Below, in pieces: positions 1 through 10,080 of a DNA stretch of 64,000 nucleotides. A program made the position numbers and the translations under genes. The notes under the pieces were generated by a model that had not been told where the DNA came from, made no database searches, and saw only the letters and a program-made list of their open reading frames with translations. Position 1 is the stretch's first letter, and each line of letters starts with the position of its first letter. Location of the stretch: positions 800,001-864,000 of the forward strand of contig OZ244650.1 in the NCBI GenBank assembly GCA_965218785.1. The letters are read 5' to 3'. The stretch is from Nitrosopumilus sp. (GTDB lineage Archaea > Thermoproteota > Nitrososphaeria > Nitrososphaerales > Nitrosopumilaceae).

Positions 1-461
1 CTTGCGTCAATTACTATCTTGGAGTGAAATGTGACATCTCCATCGCCGTGTCTGCTCCCATTTATGCCGATAATATCGCCTTTGTCGTTTTTGATAATAC
101 CGTTGACGTTGGTTCCCACAAAAATATCTGCCCCCTCTTTTTCTGCCTGGTCTGCCAGCCATCTGTATGTTTTTCTTACATCCAAAACTGCCGCCCTTGG
201 AACCGAATCACTAATTGTAACCTCGTTATTTGGAGAGCAGAATGAAAAATTTTTAATCGGATTGTAACAATCATCTGGAATTCCAAACTCCCTGATGTTC
301 TGAATCCATGTCACCCCGCTGGTTCTGACTGTTTCTGCAATTGCATCCTCTTTTTCCAGCAGGGCCACCCTGACCCCGTTTTTTGCAGCTGCAAATGCCG
401 CAGACGATCCTGCCGGACCTCCCCCCACAACTACGACATCATAATCGAATTTCTCTGGCAA
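1..461 (-). CDS. FAD-dependent oxidoreductase, geranylgeranyl reductase-like (N-terminal part; runs off window start)
   Basis: Manual translation from TTG at 461: MPEKFDYDVVVVGGGPAGSSAAFAAAKNGVRVALLEK; GxGxxG FAD-binding motif. Confidence 0.85.
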   Translation of the reverse strand, partial: MPEKFDYDVVVVGGGPAGSSAAFAAAKNGVRVALLEKEDAIAETVRTSGVTWIQNIREFGIPDDCYNPIKNFSFCSPNNEVTISDSVPRAAVLDVRKTYRWLADQAEKEGADIFVGTNVNGIIKNDKGDIIGINGSRHGDGDVTFHSKIVIDA

Positions 462-509
462 TGATTATTCACTATTATTCTAGAATATAATTTTGAGGCA
501 TGCCCAAAG

Positions 510-719
510 TCATTTTTTTAAAACTGCCACTCCTGCCGAGTCGTTTTCTCTCTCAGAGTCAAAAGTTTCCATGTGTGCCGGATCCCTGTGCATGTAACTG
601 TGGGTTTCCCCCTCTTTTTTTCTACAGAATTTTGAATGAATCTTTTCTTCTATCTTCAGCGTGGTCTCATTTTCATGAAATAACCGCTTTCCGCAATCCG
701 GACAGATGATTTCAGGCAT
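510..719 (-). CDS. small hypothetical zinc-binding protein
   Basis: MPEIICPDCGKRL...H..C; CxxC motif. Confidence 0.6.
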   Translation of the reverse strand: MPEIICPDCGKRLFHENETTLKIEEKIHSKFCRKKEGETHSYMHRDPAHMETFDSERENDSAGVAVLKK

Positions 720-810
720 GAATCCAGTCTGCAACAAATCTATTTAGATGTTTATGACTAAACTGCATCCTGAACCGAAACTTTAGATGTTTGGAAATTC
801 ATGGTTACAT

Positions 811-936
811 GTGGATGAATCCGTGCTCTTCTCATTTGCAATGTGGTCTGCTGTTACCGGAATCGTCATGGTAACTGCCGGAATTAGCTACCGTGCATAT
901 ACACGGAGAAAAAACCATGAGATCCCTACATCTTGA
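811..936 (+). CDS. small single-pass membrane protein (41 aa)
   Basis: Manual translation MDESVLFSFAMWSAVTGIVMVTAGISYRAYTRRKNHEIPTS; hydrophobic helix followed by basic residues; overlaps the next gene start. Confidence 0.55.
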   Translation: MDESVLFSFAMWSAVTGIVMVTAGISYRAYTRRKNHEIPTS

Positions 937-1498
937 AAAAAAAGGCCTGCGTGGACTGGCAATTGCCGAGAGCTTTAAACAAAACTCCCAGAAATCCGTC
1001 TTTGCCGGGGTTGTAATGCGCCGGGATTTTGTAATTGACGGCTTTGTGTTTGGGGGTGCGACTCTAAAGGGTGATGATGCCACTGATGCCGTCCTTGAAA
1101 TGTATGATGATCTTCAAAGACCAGACATTGGCTACGTTTTGATCTCCGGATTAATCGTATCAATGTATAACATCATAAACATCAAAAAATTGTATGACTC
1201 TCTAAACATCCCAATCATTGGAATCTCCTATCATGACTCGGCAGGACTTGATGATATAATAAAGAAGCATTTTCCAACCTTCTTTGAATCAAAGATCACC
1301 GAATATCAAAAACTGGGAAAGCGAGAAAAAATCACCCTGAACACGTCTCATGATGTTTTTATCAGAAGGGAGGGCTGCACCACATGCGAGGTCAAAGAAC
1401 TTTTAGACGGACTGACACTGCACGGTTCTGTTCCTGAACCGGTGCGTGTATCACAACTGCTTGCAAAAACATTTCTAAGGAATCAATCATCCCTCTGA
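917..1498 (+). CDS. DUF99 family protein (endonuclease V-like fold)
   Basis: GLAIAESF...GVVMRRDFVIDG...GDDATD...YNIINI...PEPVRVSQLLA pattern typical of archaeal DUF99. Confidence 0.8.
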   Translation: MRSLHLEKKGLRGLAIAESFKQNSQKSVFAGVVMRRDFVIDGFVFGGATLKGDDATDAVLEMYDDLQRPDIGYVLISGLIVSMYNIINIKKLYDSLNIPIIGISYHDSAGLDDIIKKHFPTFFESKITEYQKLGKREKITLNTSHDVFIRREGCTTCEVKELLDGLTLHGSVPEPVRVSQLLAKTFLRNQSSL

Positions 1499-2248
1499 GG
1501 CTGTTTTACCGCCGTCAACATTCAGAATTGTTCCTGTAACCCAGTTTGCCTCGTCAGATGCCAAATAGAGTACGGCATTTGCGACATCTGCTGGTTCACC
1601 AACCCTTGCTAGCGGCAGTCTGTCTTCTAGGACTTTTCTTGCCTGGGGATCATCAAGATACGGCTTTATCATGCCTGAATTTATGATTCCCGGATTGACA
1701 CAGTTGCATCTGATGTTTCTTCTTGCATATTCTACTGCGATTGATTTTGTAAACATTGAGATTGCGGCCTTTGTGGCAGAGTACACTGCCAGATGAACCC
1801 TTGGAATCGCCCTCTCGCTGGAAATAGAACCGATGTTTATGATTGTACCGCTTTTTACATCCGACATTTTTGAGAGCACGGCTTTTGTCATGTGAAAAAC
1901 ACCAAGCAAGTTGATGTCGATGAGATTTTTAATCTCCGCACCTGGCATCTCATGAAAATGTACGGGATCATTAATTGCCCCCGCACTGTTGACTAGAATG
2001 TCAATCTTGCCGTATGTATCCATGACTTGGTTTACAACCTGCGATACCTGTGATTCGTCAGTCAGGTCACATCTTAGCGATGCGGCAGACTCTGTGCCTC
2101 CTATCTCGCTTCTTGTCTTTTCTAGCTTTTCTGGATTTCTTGCAGTCAGGATCACCTTGGCGCCTTCTTCTACGAATCTCTTTGCAATGCCCCTGCCTAT
2201 GTCACTTGATGCACCCGTGACAATTGCAACTTTGTTAGTTAATCGCAT
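1487..2248 (-). CDS. SDR family NAD(P)-dependent oxidoreductase
   Basis: [12 protein letters not shown], catalytic YSATK, NCVNPG, VDGG. Confidence 0.92.
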   Translation of the reverse strand: MRLTNKVAIVTGASSDIGRGIAKRFVEEGAKVILTARNPEKLEKTRSEIGGTESAASLRCDLTDESQVSQVVNQVMDTYGKIDILVNSAGAINDPVHFHEMPGAEIKNLIDINLLGVFHMTKAVLSKMSDVKSGTIINIGSISSERAIPRVHLAVYSATKAAISMFTKSIAVEYARRNIRCNCVNPGIINSGMIKPYLDDPQARKVLEDRLPLARVGEPADVANAVLYLASDEANWVTGTILNVDGGKTASEG

Positions 2249-2297
2249 ACACTTGTATTACTGTCATAACTTAAAGAATTTTTGCAGTATCTGCCTA

Positions 2298-3179
2298 TCA
2301 GTCGCTGGATTCGTTGATCTTTTTAATATACTCGATAACTCCGGTGTAATCTATCTGGCCAAATCCCTCTTTGATGGCCCCCTCGTATACCTTTTCTGCC
2401 TTTCTAGTCATCGGAAGTTCAATTCCCAGTGATTCTGCAGTACGCCTCATGGTGCTGATGTCTTTTTTCAGATTGGCAAGCGTAAATGTCGTATCGTACA
2501 TTCCATCGATCATCTTGTATGCCTTTTTTTCACTCATTCCGGTTTTAAAGTATGTAGAATTCAAGACCTTGAGGAATATCTTCGGGTCTACACCCGACTT
2601 TTTAACAAGTGTGATTCCTTCAGATAACGCAAGTGCAAGCATGGTTATCTGCAGGTTCATAGCTAGTTTGACTGAATGGGCCACCCCCGTACCTCCCAGA
2701 AAAAACATGGTGCCTGCAATCTTTTCAAAAACATCCCTGCAATGATCAAAGCATTTTCTGTCTCCTGATGCCATCATGATCAAATCCCCTGTTATCGCAA
2801 CGTTTGGTCCTCCCATCACCGGAATCTCCAGTTTCTGGATTTTGTGATCCTGGAATTTTCTTGCAATGTCTTTTGATTCTGATGGATCTATGGTGCTCAT
2901 GTCTGCAACTATCAATCTTTTGTTTTGAGCCTCTATGATTCCGTTTTTTTCAAATGATACATTTTTTACCGCATCTGCGTCTTTAACTACTATGATGACT
3001 AATTCCGAGTTTTCTGCGACTTTTCTTGGCGATGCTGCAACAATGGCGCCCCTTTCTCTTACCTGCGCTGTTTTTTCCATCGTCCTATTGTAAACTGTAA
3101 CTTTGAAACCCGAATCAAGCAGGTGCAGTGCCACTGCATTACCAAGCATCCCCAGTCCGATAACTCCTATCTTTTTCAT
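2298..3179 (-). CDS. NAD(P)-dependent oxidoreductase, 3-hydroxyisobutyrate dehydrogenase family
   Basis: [32 protein letters not shown]. Confidence 0.9.
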   Translation of the reverse strand: MKKIGVIGLGMLGNAVALHLLDSGFKVTVYNRTMEKTAQVRERGAIVAASPRKVAENSELVIIVVKDADAVKNVSFEKNGIIEAQNKRLIVADMSTIDPSESKDIARKFQDHKIQKLEIPVMGGPNVAITGDLIMMASGDRKCFDHCRDVFEKIAGTMFFLGGTGVAHSVKLAMNLQITMLALALSEGITLVKKSGVDPKIFLKVLNSTYFKTGMSEKKAYKMIDGMYDTTFTLANLKKDISTMRRTAESLGIELPMTRKAEKVYEGAIKEGFGQIDYTGVIEYIKKINESSD

Positions 3180-3199
3180 CTTTGCTCCAACATCTGCGT

Positions 3200-3586
3200 T
3201 CAACGACGTTCCTCCTTTTGGATCTCCCACTGTTCGTTTCCAAATCTTGATACTGCAAATTCCAGCTGTCCTACCGTCTTGTCCCCCTTTTTGACTTTGG
3301 CATAATCAAATTTCTTCATTCTAAAGACTTTTTCCTTTGGCTTGTATCCTCCCTCGATGACTTTGATCTTGAATCTTTTGCTTGCCCTTATGACCAGCTT
3401 CCGGGCAATCTGTACGTCACCCATCCATGAAAACATTTCAAAATCGCCAAAATTTTTGGTGGATATCTCGTGATTATACAGTCTTGCCTCAAGTTTTGTA
3501 CCGTGGGTTCTTGCCTGCTCGTTTATCCACTCTAGAACCTCCTTACCGCGCCCTTTTTCAACTCCAAAAGTCTCCGAAATTGCCAT
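3200..3586 (-). CDS. conserved hypothetical protein
   Basis: Clean 128-aa ORF co-oriented with the downstream operon. Confidence 0.75.
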   Translation of the reverse strand: MAISETFGVEKGRGKEVLEWINEQARTHGTKLEARLYNHEISTKNFGDFEMFSWMGDVQIARKLVIRASKRFKIKVIEGGYKPKEKVFRMKKFDYAKVKKGDKTVGQLEFAVSRFGNEQWEIQKEERR

Positions 3587-3661
3587 CTACAAAAATTTAA
3601 CGCCTCAGCATAATAATCATATGTCTGTTAGACTAAAATATCGACCTGACTTTGAAATTAC

Positions 3662-4036
3662 ATGCTGATAATTGAATGCAAGGATGTCCTGTCGATAAAA
3701 AATGAGCTGTTGGTTTACGTCTCAGATAAGGTTGAGGCCATACCAACCCTGAAAAACCATCAATTTACCCTGTCTACTTTTGATGATGATGACGTTATTG
3801 ACACTAATACGGTAATTTCTGCAATCAAGGAATATCTAGAGTCAATTGGCGAGGCCTCTCACTTTGCTGTGATCTCCAACCACGATGTGATAAGTATAAC
3901 ATCCATTTCCGGTAGAATCATAGAAAAAAAAGCCCAGCAGCAGCACTCACCTGAAATGTTTTCATGCACCCATTGTGGATTCGTAACACAGTATGAAGTC
4001 GAGCTCAATATTCATATGCGGATACATTATCTCTAG
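3662..4036 (+). CDS. hypothetical protein with C-terminal C2H2 zinc finger
   Basis: FSCTHCGFVTQYEVELNIHMRIH. Confidence 0.8.
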   Translation: MLIIECKDVLSIKNELLVYVSDKVEAIPTLKNHQFTLSTFDDDDVIDTNTVISAIKEYLESIGEASHFAVISNHDVISITSISGRIIEKKAQQQHSPEMFSCTHCGFVTQYEVELNIHMRIHYL

Positions 4037-4090
4037 ACTCCATCCGGATTTCTGAGCTGATCTTTATATGTATAGACGTGCAAAATAAGC

Positions 4091-4288
4091 GTGGAAAAGC
4101 CCTCAAAAAACAACGTGAGAAAAGTTTATTGTGAAAAATGTGATCTGATCTTTGAATCACGGGAGAAATTTGACAGGCATTTTGACAGACACTACTCAAA
4201 TGCCGCTGCCTGTGAGATGTGTCCGATCGATACTGTGATCTCAAAATTTGTAAACATGTTTAGGCGAAAGTCCAATAACTTGGAATAA
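4091..4288 (+). CDS. small C2H2 zinc-finger protein
   Basis: YCEKCDLIFESREKFDRHFDRH and CEMCP. Confidence 0.7.
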   Translation: MEKPSKNNVRKVYCEKCDLIFESREKFDRHFDRHYSNAAACEMCPIDTVISKFVNMFRRKSNNLE

Positions 4289-4319
4289 GTTTTTTAACTC
4301 ATTTTTACTGCATTAGACA

Positions 4320-4985
4320 ATGATGGACAAAAAGGGCATAATCATAGGATCTGCTGTAATAGTGGCAGTTATTGCTGGAATTGCAGCATCATACACTTCT
4401 GAGACTTCCAGTCCTAGTATGGAGAGAACACATGGCACAATCTCCACTGTCATGGGACCCCGATTTTAGGTGATCCGTTAGCACCAATCACCATTAGTAG
4501 AGTTTGGTGACTATCAATGTCATCAATGTTACAACTGGTTTCATAACACAAAGCCCGAAATAACTCGCAATTACATCGAGACTGGAAAGGCAAATTTGGT
4601 TTTCGTTGATCTGGCATTTTTGGGAGATGATTCTCCAAAGGCTGCCCAGGCATCGTACTGCGCAGAGGATCAGGGGATGTACTGGGAATATCATGATCTT
4701 CTTTATAATTTTCAGGAACCTGTAATTGATGGCGGCTGGGCAAATTCTGAGCGACTCGAGGCTTTTGCTTTTAGTCTGGATCTTGAGATGGAACAGTTTG
4801 AAGAGTGTTTTGATTCTGGAAAACACTCAAAACGCGTCCAGTATAACATTCAACAAGCAAGGGAACACGGTGTCAAGGGAACCCCCGGATTCTTTATTGT
4901 GGGTCCTGATGGGCAACAGCAACAACTTGGCGGTGCACAACCATTTTCCGTCTTTCAAAGAGTACTGGATTCCATGATTAAATGA
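4320..4985 (+). pseudogene. DsbA-family thioredoxin-fold protein interrupted by two compensating indels (pseudogene or sequencing error)
   Basis: N-terminal TM, then EFGDYQCHQC and GVKGTPGF...GAQP in one frame; PILGDPLAPITI (about 4458-4495) is in a shifted frame, leaving TAG stops at about 4467 and 4479. Confidence 0.8.
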
Positions 4986-5461
4986 CGCATGTAACACGGC
5001 AGGTCTTTTCTAATCCAAAGTATCTCTTGCTTGCATCTGTAATCTTTGCCTCAATGATGACTGGGTTGTTGATCCTCTCCGGATTTATCTTTCTGGAACC
5101 TTTTGTAGTGAGTCATCTGCCTGTTGGAACCGAACTGGGGTTTGTGTTAATAGTGGTGCTCTCGGCGCTCTCTGCGCTGGTGGTCCCAATGAACGTCTAT
5201 CGAATTGAGATTCTCAAAAGCTCAAAACAGAAAATGAGCGGGGGAATCCTCGGCTCGTTTATTGGAGCTGCCGCAGGTGCATGCAGTTGCGGGCCGGTCG
5301 GATTTGCCCTAATCTCCACCTTTGGCTCTGTGGGGGCCACTGCCACGGCATTTGTGACAAATTACGAGACTCCAATCAGGATAATTGCCATTACAATCCT
5401 GGCTATCACCTATTTTACGACCGTAAAATCCCTAAAATCTGAATGTAAATACGCCCCCTGA
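4982..5461 (+). CDS. membrane protein, likely DsbA redox partner
   Basis: Several TM segments with an ACSC motif; ATGA-type overlap with the DsbA gene. Confidence 0.75.
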   Translation: MTHVTRQVFSNPKYLLLASVIFASMMTGLLILSGFIFLEPFVVSHLPVGTELGFVLIVVLSALSALVVPMNVYRIEILKSSKQKMSGGILGSFIGAAAGACSCGPVGFALISTFGSVGATATAFVTNYETPIRIIAITILAITYFTTVKSLKSECKYAP

Positions 5462-5690
5462 TGATGTATTAGAAATTACCAATTAGGCAAATTTTTGTAA
5501 CCTTGGAATGTATCTTTGAGTTAGCTGAACAGATTATGTGACAATCATTTATGTTCCAATTCGACCTCATAAAAGAGATCCAGAATTTGATGAAATCGAG
5601 GATGCAGAAGATTAGCATCCCCTGCTTTGCATGATGGATTTCCAGAATGCATAGTCGAGATATTTATTTGGTATTTTTTAGATTAACACA

Positions 5691-6632
5691 ATGCAAAATT
5701 GGAATCTCATAATTGGAATTCTGATAATCTCTGCTCCGATCCTCTTTGCAATAATTGCATTTCCTGATTCTATCTCCTGGAGCTGGAATGAGGGGAGGGG
5801 TGGCTATCTTTTTGCCCTTGTATTTGTAGTAGCCGAACTTGTCGGTCTTAGAATTGTCATCTCTAGAAAGCGGTTACTTGCGGTAATACCGATGGCACTT
5901 GCCGCAATCTCTTATCTGGCTTTGCTTGAATACGGTCTGCGGGATTATATCATAGAATCAGCAGAACTGTTTGACGTACAACTAATCTACTCCTGGACAT
6001 GGATGTGGGATTTTATCGTGATGGGGGCCTTTATCGTTGCCGCCCTGACTATCTTTTTTGGAAGACGCTGGATTAGAATCGCCCCTGCCGGACCGATCTT
6101 TCTGACAGGTACTGCAATAATTCTCTCACTTGATGCATTCTTCCCGTATGACACGCTTGGTCCCCTACAGTATATCGTTCCATACTTTGTTCAGGCAAAC
6201 GTGTGGCTGATTACCGCACTTGATCTGGGAACTGCGATAGCTAGGGATAACGTCATGTTCCTACGCGGTGATCACGGTTCAATAGCGCTGCAGGTGTTTT
6301 GGCCATCTGCCGGGGTTCACAGCATCATAATATTCTCCCTGGTGATCGGTGCATTCATGTTAAAGATGAACATTCCTAGAAACAGAAAGGCAGTCTATTT
6401 TGTTTTGGGAATAATCGGAACGATCATTGTAAATCTGATTCGGATATTCTCGCTGTCGTGGTACGCCCTCAAAGTCACAACGGATCCCGTGGCGTGGGAG
6501 GAATACCATAAAATTGCAGGCGAGATCATGTTTCTGCCGTGGCTGTTTTCATTTATTCTAGTTGTAATCCTGATAGAATCCCGGCGCCTTAAAAAATTGG
6601 AGAGCCAGGCACCCCCTAAAAATAACTTGTAA
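5691..6632 (+). CDS. thaumarchaeosortase (archaeosortase/exosortase family)
   Basis: Multi-TM; VFWPSAGVHS (Ser at the catalytic Cys position), NLIRI and conserved His; Ser substitution is the recalled hallmark of the thaumarchaeal subfamily. Confidence 0.85.
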   Translation: MQNWNLIIGILIISAPILFAIIAFPDSISWSWNEGRGGYLFALVFVVAELVGLRIVISRKRLLAVIPMALAAISYLALLEYGLRDYIIESAELFDVQLIYSWTWMWDFIVMGAFIVAALTIFFGRRWIRIAPAGPIFLTGTAIILSLDAFFPYDTLGPLQYIVPYFVQANVWLITALDLGTAIARDNVMFLRGDHGSIALQVFWPSAGVHSIIIFSLVIGAFMLKMNIPRNRKAVYFVLGIIGTIIVNLIRIFSLSWYALKVTTDPVAWEEYHKIAGEIMFLPWLFSFILVVILIESRRLKKLESQAPPKNNL

Positions 6633-7707
6633 TGTCCCTTTGCCCCTCCATCTCTGAAAGCTCTGAAACCCTTACTCCCAGCCGCCTGATCGTAATTTTT
6701 TGATCCTCTAACGCCTCTTTTAGCAGATGATTCGTGTTTTTTTGCAGTTCCTCAAGACTCGCAGCCGGATTTCTCAGCATTTTTGATCTTGACTTGTTTG
6801 ATAAATCAGACTGGACAAAATGTATTCCGACTGATTTGAACATTTGATTGTTTTCCATGACGACACCGTGCACCTTTTTGCATAACTCCATCATGTTTTC
6901 AGAGAGGAACTGGTAATCTTTTGAATCCTTTTTCAGTGTTGTAATCTTGCTGTACTGTATCCTGGCCTCCCTTTCCTTGACCGGGTCGTAGTCTATCCCC
7001 CTGACTGCGTTGTAGATGTATGTGCCGTTTTTTCTTCCAAACTCTTTGTTTAAAGTAAAAACGTCTAATTTTTTTACATCCTGGATTGTCCCTAGATTCA
7101 TCTCTGAAAATCTTTCCTCTGTCTTTCCTCCGATGCCCGGTATCGTCCTGATTTCCAGCCGTTCTAGAAACTCTTCGATTTTATCCGGGGATACAAGTGT
7201 GAGGCCGTCTGGTTTTTGAAAATCAGATGCAATCTTTGATAACAACTTGTTTGGTGATATTCCTATAGAGCAGCCAAGCTTTGTTTGGTCCCTGACTGAA
7301 TTTTTAATTTGCTGTGCAAGATGGCTTGCTTTTTTAAAATCCCCGCCGATTCTTTTTGTTACATCCAGGTATGCCTCGTCTTTGCCGACATATTCAAAAA
7401 CATCCGCATACTCGCTTATGATATTCATTGCCTTTTCAGAGATTGCTTCATAGTACTCAAAATCCACTGGCAAAAACACCGCGTCTTCTCTATCCTGCAG
7501 TTTTTTCTTTGCAAAGATTATCGGCATTCCTGATTTTGCACCATATTTTCTTGCAGTGTAGTTTGCCGTGGCAATTGCACCGGTATCCGTACCCCTCTCT
7601 GAATACACGCAGACACATACCGGCTTGGGTTTTAGCTCGGGCAATCTTATCTCCTCGCATTGGGCATAAAAATAATCAAAATCTATGTGGAAGACCACTC
7701 TTTCCAA
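6616..7707 (-). CDS. dinB: Y-family DNA polymerase IV
   Basis: HIDFDYFYAQCE, ATANYTARKYG, KDEAYLDV, KIASDFQKPDG. Confidence 0.93.
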   Translation of the reverse strand: MERVVFHIDFDYFYAQCEEIRLPELKPKPVCVCVYSERGTDTGAIATANYTARKYGAKSGMPIIFAKKKLQDREDAVFLPVDFEYYEAISEKAMNIISEYADVFEYVGKDEAYLDVTKRIGGDFKKASHLAQQIKNSVRDQTKLGCSIGISPNKLLSKIASDFQKPDGLTLVSPDKIEEFLERLEIRTIPGIGGKTEERFSEMNLGTIQDVKKLDVFTLNKEFGRKNGTYIYNAVRGIDYDPVKEREARIQYSKITTLKKDSKDYQFLSENMMELCKKVHGVVMENNQMFKSVGIHFVQSDLSNKSRSKMLRNPAASLEELQKNTNHLLKEALEDQKITIRRLGVRVSELSEMEGQRDITSYF

Positions 7708-8288
7708 TATTTTCTGGATTTTTTTTGATTATTACAATATTTGGATCGTAAAATATGGTCTTAACGCGTGGATATCTGATCTGATTTCCAGCCGGTTTTC
7801 TGCCTGCCTACAGACACGTCTTTTGTGTATCACATTTTATTTTATCAAAAATGACTAGCCACGCGTATTATGGCTTTGAGTCGGTTTTATCTGGTGATGC
7901 CTGTGCATGTTTGTATCATTTACCCTTGTTTTTTCTGTCTTGTCGGAATCTGGTTCTGGCAGTGATATGTGTGTGGTTTATAGATATCTGTGACTTGCAT
8001 CTTCTTGCCTGCAAGATGTATTCCAGGTTGCAAGTTTTTATTCATTGATTGATTGCAATGTCTACCAATATGACATTTTTTCTCCTTGCACCAAGTTTGG
8101 CAACACCATCGTAAAACCTTGATTCGCAAATCCGGCAATTCCCAGAATTTATGTCGAATTATATTAGATCTGTTTACTCCAAAATATTTGATCCTGTGAC
8201 TGGAATACCCTTTTACTGAATCGTAAGTAATTTTTGAACTATGCATAAATAACAATTATGATGTGATATTGTTCATAGTTGGGATTAA

Positions 8289-9446
8289 ATGAAATATGAA
8301 AAAATTACTTTAAAAAATATTGGTCCTATAGAAAAAGGTCAAATTCAGCGTCATAAAATCAATGTATTTTTTGGACCTAATAATTCTGGTAAATCTATGA
8401 CATCTAGACTGATTCATGGTATCGGTCAGCTAAATACTGGTTCTAGAGGTCTTCAAGGAATGGTTAAAAAAGAAATGAATTCACAGAAAGAACTGCATGC
8501 GTTTTATAGATATTCTATTCTAAATAGCGCTGGTCTTGGCATGCAAGATCTCTTATCGTATAAGAAAGAATCATGTCATCTAACTGTCACATTTAGTGGA
8601 AAAACACCTGAAATGGATTTTGGCTTTAAAAAAAACACGTCAATTACTAAAAAACATTTAATGTTACAACACCATGCATCAGTGCTTTCTCAAACTTCAA
8701 GAGACAGTGTGTATATTCCAGCAGGCAGAACTGGAACCATCCAATCTTTCACGAGTATCACTAAAATGAGAAATCAACTTCTTCGAGATCTTTTGGGCTC
8801 TTTTCAAATTGACGATCCTTCTAATATTAAAAAAACATCTGCAAAAGAAATTAAAAACTTTACACGTTCATCAAGTAAGTTACCTGAACATCTGGAACAA
8901 TTCCATGATTTGATTCTTGATACACATGCTAAAGGAATGAGTAAAGACGTTCAAGATTCATTTTCAAATTTACTCCTTGGTTTAATTGAATCTACGGATA
9001 CTGGAGGACTGCCTGAAATAATTTACCGAGATCCGACTGGATTTGTGACTGAAATTGAATCTGCAGGTTCTGGAACGGTGTCATCTTTTCCGATTGTTGC
9101 AGGTGTTCATTGTGTTAACAAAAATGGTATTTTGATTATTGAGGAACCAGAGGCACACTTGGAACCGGCAAAACAGCTTAGGCTTATTGAAGAACTTGTT
9201 ATGATTGCTGAAAAGAAAAAAATAGATTTGATTTTTACAACTCATAGTGATTATGTTGTTAAAAAATTATTGGCACTGGTAAGTAGAAAAAAAATAAAAC
9301 ATAGTGATTTGGGTTTATATTATTTTAATCGAACTCCTACATCCCTAACACATATAGAAAAAATCCCTGTTGATAAAACTGGGGAAGCAGAACAGGCACT
9401 ATTTGAAAACGCACTAGATACACTGGTGGAAGAATTTTCAGAATAA
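8289..9446 (+). CDS. AAA/ABC-type ATPase (AAA_15/AAA_21-like, defence or TA associated)
   Basis: Walker A GPNNSGKS, YIPAGR, AGSG signature, IIEEPEAHLEP, TTHS; AT-rich. Confidence 0.88.
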   Translation: MKYEKITLKNIGPIEKGQIQRHKINVFFGPNNSGKSMTSRLIHGIGQLNTGSRGLQGMVKKEMNSQKELHAFYRYSILNSAGLGMQDLLSYKKESCHLTVTFSGKTPEMDFGFKKNTSITKKHLMLQHHASVLSQTSRDSVYIPAGRTGTIQSFTSITKMRNQLLRDLLGSFQIDDPSNIKKTSAKEIKNFTRSSSKLPEHLEQFHDLILDTHAKGMSKDVQDSFSNLLLGLIESTDTGGLPEIIYRDPTGFVTEIESAGSGTVSSFPIVAGVHCVNKNGILIIEEPEAHLEPAKQLRLIEELVMIAEKKKIDLIFTTHSDYVVKKLLALVSRKKIKHSDLGLYYFNRTPTSLTHIEKIPVDKTGEAEQALFENALDTLVEEFSE

Positions 9447-9703
9447 CTTGATTCACAAAAATATTGCCTAGTCCTTGATACTAATGTTCTTGGAGGTATT
9501 TTTGAAATTGATAGTTTTGAGAATATTAAAATTGTTTTAAAAAATTGGATTTTGAAAATTATTACAAATATGGAAAAAAATCAAAAGTAAAAACAATTAC
9601 TGTTTTTGCATCAACAAATATCATACATGATTATAAGACAGGATTGAGTAAAAGTGGATACAAGGTCCATCCCCATCCTCAATTTTGTATGTCCCACTCG
9701 TGA
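9447..9703 (+). pseudogene. degenerate PIN-like partner of the ATPase
   Basis: Reads LDSQKYCLVLDTNVLGG (PIN-type DTNV start); no clear start codon; breaks near 9585. Confidence 0.4.
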
Positions 9704-9788
9704 TATTGAACCTTAAATTAATGATGAAAAAACACTTACGAATAATTGACCTTATTCATCTAAATAATTGATGATTATTGAATATTTT

Positions 9789-10037
9789 ATGGAATACCCC
9801 ATATCTGTGGATGAAAACGGTTTAAATTTAAAACCTGAAAAAATGGAGAAAGAGAAACTCTATCACTGTATGTTCAAAAACAAGGCAATCCTGATCTTCA
9901 AGGATTCCCAAGATGTCCTGAATTGCTATGAAATCGAGGAAAAGGAGTTAGTTGAGAAAATTCAAAAATGTGCCAATGATGATGATCTCGAAAGGTTGTT
10001 TGAAGACTATGTTAAAGGACAGGATCTTAAAAATTAA
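9789..10037 (+). CDS. conserved hypothetical protein
   Basis: MEYPISVDENG...; clean ORF. Confidence 0.7.
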   Translation: MEYPISVDENGLNLKPEKMEKEKLYHCMFKNKAILIFKDSQDVLNCYEIEEKELVEKIQKCANDDDLERLFEDYVKGQDLKN

Positions 10038-10080
10038 AATAAAAGTGAAAGAAGGTTTTGTTAGAAAAGGAATTTGAAAA

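Noticed and set aside
5691-6632. Cys-to-Ser active-site change in the sortase as a novelty
   Set aside because: A known feature of the thaumarchaeosortase subfamily
7750-8280. Short ORFs 7851-8048 and 7920-8255
   Set aside because: No recognisable motifs, overlapping on opposite strands; probably decayed sequence
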